The notes: a model not told the origin generated them from the sequence alone. Numbered from the stretch's first letter, positions 19,401 to 27,858 are shown. The stretch: 41,017 nt of DNA from Candidatus Heimdallarchaeota archaeon (GCA_021399395.1 JAAFKJ010000162.1:1-41017); one strand, 5' to 3'. Translations and numbers: made by a program.

Positions 19401-22400
19401 TTACACAAAAACAGATTGATCAACTAGCAACATTAGGTTTGACAGATATAGAATCTATTTACTATTCAGCTGACACTCAGCGTATTTCCGACATACTACC
19501 TGTTCAGAACTATCAAAAGATAATGGAAATTCTCTCTGGATCAATTAGGTTTATTGGTTTTCTATCATTTGACGAAATTAAGCGTCTAGAGTTTTATGAA
19601 ATTAACTCTATCATTGATCTGGCTTTGTTAGATAAAAAAGAACTCTTCCATATCACACAAAATCCTATTTACAAAGAATTTCATGCCTTAGATATTCTAT
19701 CTTTGGATGAATTAGTAGATAAGAGAATTGAAGCAGCAATCCCAATCACACTATTGCCCTCTATTGAAGAAGATTATTTAGAGAAAATCAACAAACTTGG
19801 AATCTATTCCATCCAAGATTTTAATTCAAGAATGGCTGAAATAAGAGAATCACACCCCCATCTTGTTAAATTAGATGTTTTCCGCGAAGTACAAATGTAT
19901 CTCGCATCAGTTGCTTTCATAGGATTAACCAATCAACAAGTACAGAAGTTAATCTACTCTGGAGTTGGTGATATTCTCTCCTTTATAACCGAAGATGTTT
20001 CTACAATTGCTCTTATACTAGATATAAGCGAGAAGGATGTAAGAAAGCATATTGATAGGATAGAACCTCTTGCACTTGCACAAGAAGTTAGAAGAAAAGG
20101 AGTAAAAATTGAAGAATTTCCAGTTCTGAAGAAGTCAACTATTAATTATCTCTTAAAATCGGATAAAGAATATGTTCAAGATGTTTATAGTCATTATTAC
20201 CAAGCATTTACAATCACCAATGTCTCTGATGAAGTAATCAAAGATTTCCTTGGAAATTGTAACATTTCGATTTATAGAATAAAAGAAATATCGACTGAAA
20301 CAAAATTACAATTGTCACAAATGGGTGTTCTAAGAATAATAGATTTCCTTTGTGTAAATGATAGTGAATTGAAGAAGGCTTTTGATGGATCTATCCCCAA
20401 AGAAATATCTGAAATAAGAAAAGGGCAGTTTAGTTTAGATAGAGGTACACCTCTGTTACTAAATGAACCAATCAAAGATCTTCTAAGAGACCTCTATTTT
20501 GATCCAGATAAAAAGACTGTAGAGGACCTATTTGGATTTGTTCCTGAACACCTGCTACAGTTTTCAGAATTCGAAAGAATTGAGAAAATCTCAAATATCT
20601 CCTTCGTTGAGCAACTTGTAAGTTTTCTAAGTTTGAGTGTCTTTTCTCTCCCCTATTTTGACATGGATACTAAAGTTGCTCTAAGAAGAAATGGTGTCCA
20701 TCATGTAATTGAGCTGATTTCTACCAAAGTTCAAATGCTGGAAAATTCGAATTCTGAGATAAATAAAAATATTCGTGAATTTCAGAGCAACTTCAATTTG
20801 ACCAAAAGAATGTCTGAAACCTTCAGTCCTCATCTCAACCAAACACTCAATTTATCTAAGAAAATGAGTGAACAGTTCCGAAGTTATGGTTTAACAACAG
20901 GTCTTTTCCTCTTTGATTTTGTTCAGCATCCCCTATTCAATTTTTCAGATAAAGAACAGAAGGTTATCTCGGATATTACCTTTAATTTCTTCCGACCTGT
21001 TTCTTGGTTGTATGATGTTATCGGTTTAGATGTTAAAAATTTCAATCGGTTGATAAGTAGGCAAACAACTAACATTCTATCAGCTCATTTGCTTCTAACA
21101 GAATCAAAATCCAAACCCGAAATTGTAGCATTCCCTTCAAATATCATCTCCAAGTTCAATAAAACTCTCAATGAAGAATTGATTAGTCTCAAACCCCCAG
21201 CTTGGGCTATCAGACTTGACGAGATGAAATTGATTACTGATAGTAAATTCTTGAAGAGACTCAAATCAAGGAAAATAGTATATATTGATGAGTTGATCGC
21301 ATCAGATAGTTTAGTGAATTCAGATACTAAAATTGCACAAGAAATCAGACCTATACTTTACTCTCTCAAGAATTTCAATATCTCTACACTAGACGGATTA
21401 ACTTCTACACAAACCCAAAAACTAATTCAGAATGGTGTTCGTAATGTTCTCCATTATCTCTCACTTCCCGCACCTATGCTAGCCAAAATTACAGGGCAAT
21501 CAGTTGAATCAATTAGAGCAATTATTACTAAAATAGATTTAAACGTTTTAGAAGGAAGTGTCCGATTAGTAGGACTAGATATAGATTTATTCACAGAAAT
21601 TTCTGATAATGTTAAGAATCTTCTGAAGGAATATGGTTGTGTTTCACTCACTCAAGCAGCGAATCTGAATCTTGATCAACTACCAATTTCACATGAAGAT
21701 AGGAAAAGTTTAACACAATTGGTATCTATGCTCTTGACTCCAATTACAATTATTGGGAAAGTATTAAAATTAAGTAAGAAAGAAATTGATGAGCTTCTTT
21801 CTAATAATGTCTTAACTTATACTGACCTTTTAGAAGTTCCTCAACAGAAGTGGTCAGCTAGCATAAAACGGTTGATTTCAAGACAGAAAACAGACCCCAA
21901 TTACTTGATTAAAAGACTACATGATATTGAAAAGTTTGGTGTGTCTATTCAGAAAATAGGTTTAACAAAAGCAGTTACAGAATCATTAATCTCTGCTGGA
22001 ATAACAACAGTAGATCATCTACTTTACCTACCTTCAACACATGTTTCTTCGATAACTAAACTGAAGGAAGATGAACTTGAAGATTTATTAATAAAACTGA
22101 ACTCAAGTCCAAGTCTAATTCCAGGATTTTCAAAAAATATTTTGGTCTATATCTACAGTAAACCTCATTATTCAATAGCAGACTTATTGGTCAATTTCCA
22201 TAACATCTCAAAAGAGAATTTGAAGATAATTCTAGATGGTGTTGACAAAGTAAAGAATGTCGAGGAATTGAAGTTCAAAGATCCTCTTACCACAACTGAA
22301 AAATATATTATTGGAAAAGAGTTCCACTCATATACATCACTTATAACTTCAAAGAAATTTATTGAAGATAAAAAGATATTTTCAAGAGTTGCTCCTTACT

Positions 22401-25400
22401 TACTTGCTAATATTAGGTATCTTGGGTTAGATAATAAAATCGAAGCCGCACTTAAGAGAGCAGGGATTACAACAGTTGCAGATTTACTTATCCTTTCTCC
22501 GAAAACTATAGCGACTCAAGCAAGAACAAGTATTCAGAAAATACAGGAAATTATTATGGCAATCAATGTAGATGATATAAATTCAAAAGTTATTATGAAT
22601 CAGGATTTACATCTCAGAGATGCATTCTTTTTAACTGACAGAGACAAAGAGTTCCTAAAATCAATTGGTGTTTTCAACTTAAACGATTTGAAAGAATACT
22701 CTGTATACTCCTGGATTGTATCTGAAAGCAGGATTGAAACAATAAGGGGAAGAATAGGCTCTATACTTCAAACTCCAATCCTATACTACAAGGAAACTTT
22801 GAAACGACCATTCTATGAAATAGAGAACAACTATCTGTTAAAGGAAATTCATTCTGTTCAAGAGCTAATAACAATTTCAAACCAAAAAGAAGTGGATAAC
22901 ATTACCGAATTTCTTAGAACCTTTTCTGCTTCTACTGAAAAGATAAAAGAGGATTTTGTAACAATTGAGCAAGTATTCAGCGAAGTTGAACTTACTGCTC
23001 TGAACAAAGATCTCAAGATTAAGAAATTAACCTTGTTTAACGAGCTTCTACTTGAAATGTATATTAATTACAAGAAGCTTAGTCCAGAAATTCTCAAGAT
23101 GCTTCAAGTTCTGAAACATCCTCTTTCAGCTTCATCCAAATTTAGTACAAGTGATATTCAAAGCTTGAATTCCAAGAATATTTACACATATATTGATCTT
23201 TTAATTAAACCGATAAGTTACTGGCCTACATTTGCGCCAATCAAACTTAAAACAAAGATAAAAGAGTTAATACCAACTCTTACACTCAAGAAAATTAAAA
23301 GTGATATGACAAAGAGAACTAAGATTTCTTCAACTAAAATCTTTAATCCGAATGTAAAGAAAGTGTTGGGTTCAGCTTACCAAACAGTAGATGAATTAAT
23401 TTTTGAAATAATGGTTGAGAATTATCGCGTTTCTAAATCTGTAATTAACTCGGTTCAAAAAACTTTGACAACTTCTGTTTTATTGGTAAAAATTCCAAAA
23501 ATACCATTAAAAGCATGGAAGAAAACAACCAGCAGTCTAAAGGAAATTGGGGACTTGTATAAGTTATCAAACAAAGATCTTGGATCTATGCTTTCACTAC
23601 CACCTAATGATGCTACAAAGACTATTGATAATTTGACACCAGAAAATATCCTTAACCCACCTATGGTAAAAGCTAACAAAATCTTGTCTTTGAAGGATGT
23701 TGAATTTTTCCATAGTCTTGGAATAAGAAACTTCATTCAGCTGTTGGATGCTATGAAAGTGTCAAATACAATTCCTAAGAACTTGAAGGAGAAAATCAAT
23801 ACTTTAGTTAAACTTGATGTTAAGAAATTAGAACCCAAAATAAATGAATCACTAACATTGATGGAACTACTGTTCTTAAATCCTAATTTATCAACCCTAG
23901 CTATTACTAAATCGCAGAAAGATATTCTTCAAAGAACAGCTGATTTCATGTTCTCTAGAGGAACAGAACTTTGTACTGTTCTAAATGTAGATATGTCCAA
24001 TCGTAAAATCAAATGTCCAGATTTATCTTTAGAGTATCTCTTATTGTTACATAAGTTTGATACCAAATTATATACCTCGATTCTAGGTAATCTTCCTGAA
24101 GAATATTATTCCCAAATAAAAGAGCTCTTTGGATATCTTGAAAGATCACCTGTTATTCTCTCTAAACCAACGTTGGAAAATATCGATCAAATTGCCTCTC
24201 AAGAATTTGAAACAATTTCAGAGATGTTGCTTGAACCCAAAAAATCCCTCTTTAGTGTAGTAACAGATAATACTTTGCAGAGAAATATAAGAAATATCTC
24301 TCTTACCCTTCTCAAGGAACTCAAGAACAACTTCTTAGAATTTCCAGCAAAATTATTTGCTGCAAGTGAATTGAACACTTTGAAACGATCTTCAATCTAC
24401 ACAGTAGAAGAAGCTCTTCTGTTTAATAAGAAATCTAAATCAAAAATTTCAAAAGAATGGGAACTTTGTTCCAAACTAAAAAACATAATGTCGATGGAAC
24501 TGAATGATTTGCCAGCAATGATTGAAAATAAAGAAGCTTTCAATTATGCTGCTAAAAATAAACTAAAGACAATCTATGATTTGTTAGCACACTGTAAGCA
24601 TGGTGCTAGTTCTGAAGTAATATGTCAGGAAATATTACCTACAATAAGATTCGATTTACTCGCTGATTTGATAACTAAAGAGCAACGAAGACTCTCAAAT
24701 TTTGTAAAGGGAACAGAGCTGAATACTATCTTAAAGAAGCATAAGTTGAGCACATTTGGTTCCTTATTTAATTTCATTGAGAAAACAGAATTACAGAATA
24801 TGGAATCAGATTTTGAAAAGCTTCTATCAATCCTCAGAGCTCCTGTATCAATTTTAACAAGTGATAAATCTTTATCAGTAAAACTAAATAAACTTGGATA
24901 CAATCAGGTACTTGATCTCTTACTACCTGCAAATATTAGTAGCATACTCTCTAGAAGCAAATTAACTGATAGGCAGTTAGCTTCAGCAAAGGAAATAGTA
25001 AAGAAACTTAATTTTGTTACCATAAACAGCATTATTACAGCTGACTGTTATCCAATAACTAGTGTTAGTTTTATTGATGACAATATTAAGAAATTATTAC
25101 TAAGAGCAGGATATTCAACAATAACTCATCTAAATATTTCTGATGAAATTCTGATGAAAACATCTGGACTAACAGCGTTGCCACTATCTAGAATTAAGAA
25201 GATATTAATGACACCTTTCTATTATCTTTCAGACTTAACAAGAGAAAATCCTTCAAGCTTGTTTATCTTGTATAACAAGGGGATAAGCATAGTCAGAGAT
25301 ATATTCGTCTCTAACTGTAAGCAACTCTCAAGTCAGTTAGGAATACCTGAAAGACAAATGAAATCCCTTCTTTCCACACTTACAGATCAGTCCATAAAGC

Positions 25401-26020
25401 TAGCTCAAAAGGATGAAACAGATCTGAAACCATCTATGCCGTTTATTGGGAATCAAGAAATTCAAAAACTTGAAGAAGCAAGTATTACCTCGGTTCAAGA
25501 GATAATTTTCCCGACTAATAAAGCCAAGAAATCTTCAGCTCTTACATTGGTTAAAGTTGCTAAATTTGTGCAACATCTAGATAAGAAAATTGAAGAGCTG
25601 GATGTTAAAGCAGGTGTTTTAGTTCAAATAAAACAACTTGGTATAAACAATTTCAAAGAATTTATACTCTATCCGTCAGCTGTTTTGGACAGCAAAGTTG
25701 ACTTAAGTTATATGGCTATTAAAGGTCTAAAAAACAGACTTCCTTTAACTAGCACAAAGTCTTCAGCTGCAAAGAAACCACCATCTAAAGCTAAACCAAC
25801 ACCGAAAGCATCAACTACTAAGAAGACCACTTCTTCAGCATCCAAACCCAAGACTAGCTCTGCAAAAAAACCACCAACAAAGAAACCAGAGCCTAAGACA
25901 GCAAGTTCGAAGGGTACCAAACAAACAACCTTACTAGATATGGGTTCTGATAAAAAGAAGAAAACGTCATCTTCGTCTAAAAGCTCTTCAAAGAGCAAAA
26001 AAAGGAGTAGTGGAAAATGA
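13448..26020 (+). CDS. top6B: DNA topoisomerase VI subunit B with giant (~3600 aa) C-terminal HhH-like repeat extension
   Basis: GHKL motifs RELVENGLDA, DNGTG, TKYG..QTRGRFGLG; transducer motifs YSGHPFIIE, RYANRIPL, KIPFPETSKEYI. Directly upstream of top6A. Confidence 0.95.
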   Translation: MSDNSVTKKMSAAAFFNDNRAIAGFGNSMRAVFTSIRELVENGLDAAERRGINPVIEVDLRKLSSREINELLDVTQYKKLEKHLDFLQLTCRDNGTGVPGHQIADLFGRVLTGTKYGVIQTRGRFGLGAKMCLLYSMSSVDLPARIKSRYFMDDITNEMHLMINLEKNEPIIMEQREYLPGDPNYLDEPGVEISITFTGAWSLAKNSVKEYFRQLAIITPYSTFNLKIPADKEGEYDELIYESVVDDMPDPPEYVKIHPWGCDITQFKAELGANKNKKLKGFLADHFMGVTEEIAEDFFQLLEIDPNKNPKDLSSKEIRRIVHEGFVKAYQEAKDIKRKRDRVFQFDSPKGTSLSPLGAGRLRKGLEKELNPKFVEAISRPAKAYSGHPFIIEAALGYGGGVSEAAQTRGTTVQDNKIIYRYANRIPLVFGAGNDVITHVTSSIRWNEYGLTRQSDPLAIAVSLVSTKIPFPETSKEYISIVPEIEEEIRLALMQLGRRLKTFLSRAKRKRREHARLSRFVKSAPVIVDNLAQILEDENLPLTDFRFEKNRIASALAHGTSKKAKLFMPLSKRLFGLNIWCPTPIQNTLKSRGIISISDFLLTPTEDLAKILEMSLVQVYNIKLRTIYELDKEGLSPGLDSKIFVTRAIERRFDTSESKPLISLKDALNRRWIQNSYHFLATDYRKLHSVSGFVEKLFESKKDDLINQLLLKNRKSDGSIRASPSLSEINKLTGITQLKIKHLFPTFKELKQKSSGHLSADMSIEEFFYQTLHPGEINYQQEVTVVLVEHLKSVFTALSNKFPNFKNTSLTKMKPDWTDGYTKNAFHRRKIKIVDDFITGNTDDLILIKEMERLLYSTYLKMLVKESPSSKLSDFVIFPLNEMKPKESELIKNLIAKGITTLAKLVYYTADQVNQTKIKQLIPLLLEESKRKLKQSLIEKEHEHSSSHIKIIPVNLEKELLKNQIFNASAFLAYSSPALRKMGLKKRDVERMKKALGTPIPNWLEHQELIKKLGINTLEEFFFNSPDAYSMTADETKKYLDMSVFLRSPITFNFPHLRNISHLVREVGLNCIGRFAIWPNKELVEILEVSENKIKSMKESISIADYQTNKEKYGIDFKQLKGIYPKLVEYFGNTEPTIQDLFYLYPSEKLHFTKGYWIKIENISDLSQMEIIELSHLFDKNPKQLPALKEALLRLKARNTVTIKQFLDLIPEIIESELTNIPQRNAALELHRMLKTRKIEEEDEFSKQILLICEFDDFQSALALPISRVSKLSLSDYETLRSKGIIAVHQLFEYLPKEIATILEKEEQEMINLLNDFQLEQQGTNFFEKIDRNRFKSLVSFDFEESERFSSHEILSLVLAGYNTVDKIFYLAQPMIFSAPLVNWNVVDKFRKLLRSPLTLVTWEKKVKKTIQIEGEEGTKTVEEDQITTLSTEQLSTLQNNGITRIIDLLVSQAENISSYLGIGLDEARSFQKNIRISDTGTDISELDLFKTEVVKALELSNIYTLEDLYFSSTENKWDHTILPWRTVEAFKQVLNLPLNHISDMLDAELITALQEVNVLTLLGFMLSSPESLMERTGIPDERIENIKRGLDLSDILSYFSLPSYFLPNLTFEQTEILRDNKIQTIADFILSSNQKLTKLLSIPSKQLDEIKASLTAQKIVEVYEDKGIFAFETKLFDKMEQKQLSRDSIFQFERFQTIQELFYESDPAFYQLNPELWPKISAVQKILALPLRIFTEISEYSLDVWEQNNIKNVFQLLFIPDEDITDPLLYRSVSSNSSKMLEMRSFHFFSKLPSSVYNSSFFENIVQDFENKTLSDVITDPKVISHLLSKDKRYQAENYNLTLIRSLLELPLRITPFFTRIKKIQREEYTNTKIGDVFDIDLTEHSGLSPFYKKLMEVDSFNSLVKDVAVPISSIGLPREMALKLSKSSVNTLIDFFSVPAQVLSEITGLSMRYIREIRNSLNYQLIVSFRAEKSHKVLESSIITQKQIDQLATLGLTDIESIYYSADTQRISDILPVQNYQKIMEILSGSIRFIGFLSFDEIKRLEFYEINSIIDLALLDKKELFHITQNPIYKEFHALDILSLDELVDKRIEAAIPITLLPSIEEDYLEKINKLGIYSIQDFNSRMAEIRESHPHLVKLDVFREVQMYLASVAFIGLTNQQVQKLIYSGVGDILSFITEDVSTIALILDISEKDVRKHIDRIEPLALAQEVRRKGVKIEEFPVLKKSTINYLLKSDKEYVQDVYSHYYQAFTITNVSDEVIKDFLGNCNISIYRIKEISTETKLQLSQMGVLRIIDFLCVNDSELKKAFDGSIPKEISEIRKGQFSLDRGTPLLLNEPIKDLLRDLYFDPDKKTVEDLFGFVPEHLLQFSEFERIEKISNISFVEQLVSFLSLSVFSLPYFDMDTKVALRRNGVHHVIELISTKVQMLENSNSEINKNIREFQSNFNLTKRMSETFSPHLNQTLNLSKKMSEQFRSYGLTTGLFLFDFVQHPLFNFSDKEQKVISDITFNFFRPVSWLYDVIGLDVKNFNRLISRQTTNILSAHLLLTESKSKPEIVAFPSNIISKFNKTLNEELISLKPPAWAIRLDEMKLITDSKFLKRLKSRKIVYIDELIASDSLVNSDTKIAQEIRPILYSLKNFNISTLDGLTSTQTQKLIQNGVRNVLHYLSLPAPMLAKITGQSVESIRAIITKIDLNVLEGSVRLVGLDIDLFTEISDNVKNLLKEYGCVSLTQAANLNLDQLPISHEDRKSLTQLVSMLLTPITIIGKVLKLSKKEIDELLSNNVLTYTDLLEVPQQKWSASIKRLISRQKTDPNYLIKRLHDIEKFGVSIQKIGLTKAVTESLISAGITTVDHLLYLPSTHVSSITKLKEDELEDLLIKLNSSPSLIPGFSKNILVYIYSKPHYSIADLLVNFHNISKENLKIILDGVDKVKNVEELKFKDPLTTTEKYIIGKEFHSYTSLITSKKFIEDKKIFSRVAPYLLANIRYLGLDNKIEAALKRAGITTVADLLILSPKTIATQARTSIQKIQEIIMAINVDDINSKVIMNQDLHLRDAFFLTDRDKEFLKSIGVFNLNDLKEYSVYSWIVSESRIETIRGRIGSILQTPILYYKETLKRPFYEIENNYLLKEIHSVQELITISNQKEVDNITEFLRTFSASTEKIKEDFVTIEQVFSEVELTALNKDLKIKKLTLFNELLLEMYINYKKLSPEILKMLQVLKHPLSASSKFSTSDIQSLNSKNIYTYIDLLIKPISYWPTFAPIKLKTKIKELIPTLTLKKIKSDMTKRTKISSTKIFNPNVKKVLGSAYQTVDELIFEIMVENYRVSKSVINSVQKTLTTSVLLVKIPKIPLKAWKKTTSSLKEIGDLYKLSNKDLGSMLSLPPNDATKTIDNLTPENILNPPMVKANKILSLKDVEFFHSLGIRNFIQLLDAMKVSNTIPKNLKEKINTLVKLDVKKLEPKINESLTLMELLFLNPNLSTLAITKSQKDILQRTADFMFSRGTELCTVLNVDMSNRKIKCPDLSLEYLLLLHKFDTKLYTSILGNLPEEYYSQIKELFGYLERSPVILSKPTLENIDQIASQEFETISEMLLEPKKSLFSVVTDNTLQRNIRNISLTLLKELKNNFLEFPAKLFAASELNTLKRSSIYTVEEALLFNKKSKSKISKEWELCSKLKNIMSMELNDLPAMIENKEAFNYAAKNKLKTIYDLLAHCKHGASSEVICQEILPTIRFDLLADLITKEQRRLSNFVKGTELNTILKKHKLSTFGSLFNFIEKTELQNMESDFEKLLSILRAPVSILTSDKSLSVKLNKLGYNQVLDLLLPANISSILSRSKLTDRQLASAKEIVKKLNFVTINSIITADCYPITSVSFIDDNIKKLLLRAGYSTITHLNISDEILMKTSGLTALPLSRIKKILMTPFYYLSDLTRENPSSLFILYNKGISIVRDIFVSNCKQLSSQLGIPERQMKSLLSTLTDQSIKLAQKDETDLKPSMPFIGNQEIQKLEEASITSVQEIIFPTNKAKKSSALTLVKVAKFVQHLDKKIEELDVKAGVLVQIKQLGINNFKEFILYPSAVLDSKVDLSYMAIKGLKNRLPLTSTKSSAAKKPPSKAKPTPKASTTKKTTSSASKPKTSSAKKPPTKKPEPKTASSKGTKQTTLLDMGSDKKKKTSSSSKSSSKSKKRSSGK
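15200..25740 (+). repeat. Protein-level tandem array of ~40-55 diverged HhH_5/RadA-NTD/alphaCTD-like repeats
   Basis: Recurrent consensus P[IL]xxLxLxxxxxxxLxxxG[IY]xT[IV]xD[LF], e.g. LKSRGIISISDFL, LQNNGITRIIDLL, LISAGITTVDHLL, LKRAGITTVADLL. Count is by eye; no DNA-level identity is visible. Confidence 0.8.
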
Positions 26021-27426
26021 CAGACCAAAATAATTTTACATTCATAAATTCTACAGTATTGCCTGCAACAGAGCGTGAAGCAAGTTTCGATAAAGATATT
26101 CTTACACGTGAGATGTATAACTGGGCAAGAGACACTTTTGATTTGAAAAGAGGTACATATATACTCTTTCTTAGAAGTTCAAAGAAATGGTATCAGCTAG
26201 AGCCAACTAAGAAACTCTCACGCTATCCACTCGAAAAGCAAAAAATGAAAGTTAGTGTCAAGCAAACCGTTCAATTAGATAAAATTGAAGCTTTAAAGGC
26301 TGAACTATTACATAAAAAAGAATTTTTCATGCCATATGGTGTAACTAATGTTGAAACAAAAAATTCACAGGAAACCAATAATCTTCTCGTTGAATATGCT
26401 CTAGATTTCCTTCAGCAAGCAATGGTAAATCCTGCAGATGCTTCCTTCTATATCCCTTCTAGAGGTGGAACTAATGTGGGCTTTGATGAAGAACAAGAGC
26501 TTGTTTTGATAGGTAGACAGATGATTGAAAGACAATTCAGAAGTTTATCTTCTGTAAGTTCTGTTGAACAGATGACTATCATAATGAAGCTAATACACGA
26601 CTTGCTCTCAAGAGATATACATAGTACAAAAAGAGATATTTTCTATATGGATGTAAATTCATTTGAGAAACAGTCTGTCTCTGATTCTCTTGTAGAAGAT
26701 CTTGGTGCTATGTTACAGGTTACTCGCTCTTCCCTAAATGTAAGTGCTTCATCCAAAGGAATTGTTGTTGGAAGAATGAGTTTTAGAGAAAAAGGAGACT
26801 TTATTGACTGCAGTGCTATTGGGGCTGGTAAAGCAATTTCACCCAATATCGACGATATTGAGGATTTTGATACAGATGCGGAAATGTGTCTTGTCATTGA
26901 GAAGGACGCTGTCTTTAACAGATTAGCTGAGGATCAATTTTATGATTATGTTCCTAGTATCCTGATTACAGCAAAAGGACAACCTGATGTAGCAACACGA
27001 CAATTTCTAAAGAAGATAAATGATGATCTTAGTATACCTATTTTTGCCATTATGGATGCTGATCCATATGGATTTGAAATTATGAGGGTGTATAGTGTAG
27101 GAAGTAAAGCTTTGAGTTTTGAATCGAGCCATCTTGCTGTTCCTAATATCAAATGGTTAGGTCTTCTTCCAAGTGATCTTTCAACTGACAGTGGTTTTGA
27201 TATTCCACGAAGTGCTTTACTCAAATTAACTTCTAAAGATATTCACAGATCGAAACTAATGTTAGAAGAAGAATTTGTTCAACGAAAACCAAAATGGAAA
27301 GAACAACTTCAAATTCAGTTAGATAGTGGTTTTAAAGCGGAAATACAAGCTTTGAATGCACGTGATCCTCAATATATTACTAACTTCTATTTACCACATA
27401 AAATAGAGTCTGGGGATTTTATTTAA
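26017..27426 (+). CDS. top6A: DNA topoisomerase VI subunit A (Spo11 family) with N-terminal extension
   Basis: TKRDIFY (catalytic Tyr), IEKDAVF and DADPYG TOPRIM motifs, KAEIQAL. ATGA overlap with the top6B stop. Confidence 0.96.
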   Translation: MTDQNNFTFINSTVLPATEREASFDKDILTREMYNWARDTFDLKRGTYILFLRSSKKWYQLEPTKKLSRYPLEKQKMKVSVKQTVQLDKIEALKAELLHKKEFFMPYGVTNVETKNSQETNNLLVEYALDFLQQAMVNPADASFYIPSRGGTNVGFDEEQELVLIGRQMIERQFRSLSSVSSVEQMTIIMKLIHDLLSRDIHSTKRDIFYMDVNSFEKQSVSDSLVEDLGAMLQVTRSSLNVSASSKGIVVGRMSFREKGDFIDCSAIGAGKAISPNIDDIEDFDTDAEMCLVIEKDAVFNRLAEDQFYDYVPSILITAKGQPDVATRQFLKKINDDLSIPIFAIMDADPYGFEIMRVYSVGSKALSFESSHLAVPNIKWLGLLPSDLSTDSGFDIPRSALLKLTSKDIHRSKLMLEEEFVQRKPKWKEQLQIQLDSGFKAEIQALNARDPQYITNFYLPHKIESGDFI

Positions 27427-27495
27427 ACCTAAAATTCACAGTGTTCATCAATTTATATGAAAAAAATCGGAAAAGTGAGTTACTCTAACTATTTA

Positions 27496-27858
27496 TCACT
27501 TGACTTTTTTCAAGATTATTTCAACTGTTGAGACTGTTTTTGGTGGGATTCCTTCTTCATCTGACTTTATCTCTTCGGAACCGATTATAACATCAGTAAC
27601 TTCAACCATATCTTGTAGAAATTTTCTTCTAGTTATCTCTGCAACATCTACAGCTTTAGAAATTTGTCTTCCACGAGCTTGTATGGAACATTCGTCACTT
27701 TTGTTCAGGATAGTTACTGCAACCAAAACATAGCTAATTGTGTTCTTTTTACCTATGTAGATAATTTGGCTTTGGATTTCGGGTTTCTTCTTTGGAGTAG
27801 TCTTTTTAGCAGGAGCTTTTTTCTTAGTTTTTTCAACTTTAGCTTCTTCTTCACTCAT
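27496..27858 (-). CDS. albA: DNA/RNA-binding protein Alba with basic N-terminal extension
   Basis: IYIGKK, ARGRQISKAVDVAEI and VSTVEIIL motifs. GGTGA SD upstream of ATG at 27858. Confidence 0.93.
   Translation of the reverse strand: MSEEEAKVEKTKKKAPAKKTTPKKKPEIQSQIIYIGKKNTISYVLVAVTILNKSDECSIQARGRQISKAVDVAEITRRKFLQDMVEVTDVIIGSEEIKSDEEGIPPKTVSTVEIILKKVK

Noticed and set aside
13448-26020. Intein or collapsed-repeat assembly artefact as the cause of Top6B size
   Set aside because: No intein splice or LAGLIDADG motifs were seen, and the extra sequence is C-terminal to an intact core. The repeats are highly diverged with no DNA-level identity, which is not what a misassembly would produce. Read-level confirmation is still advisable.
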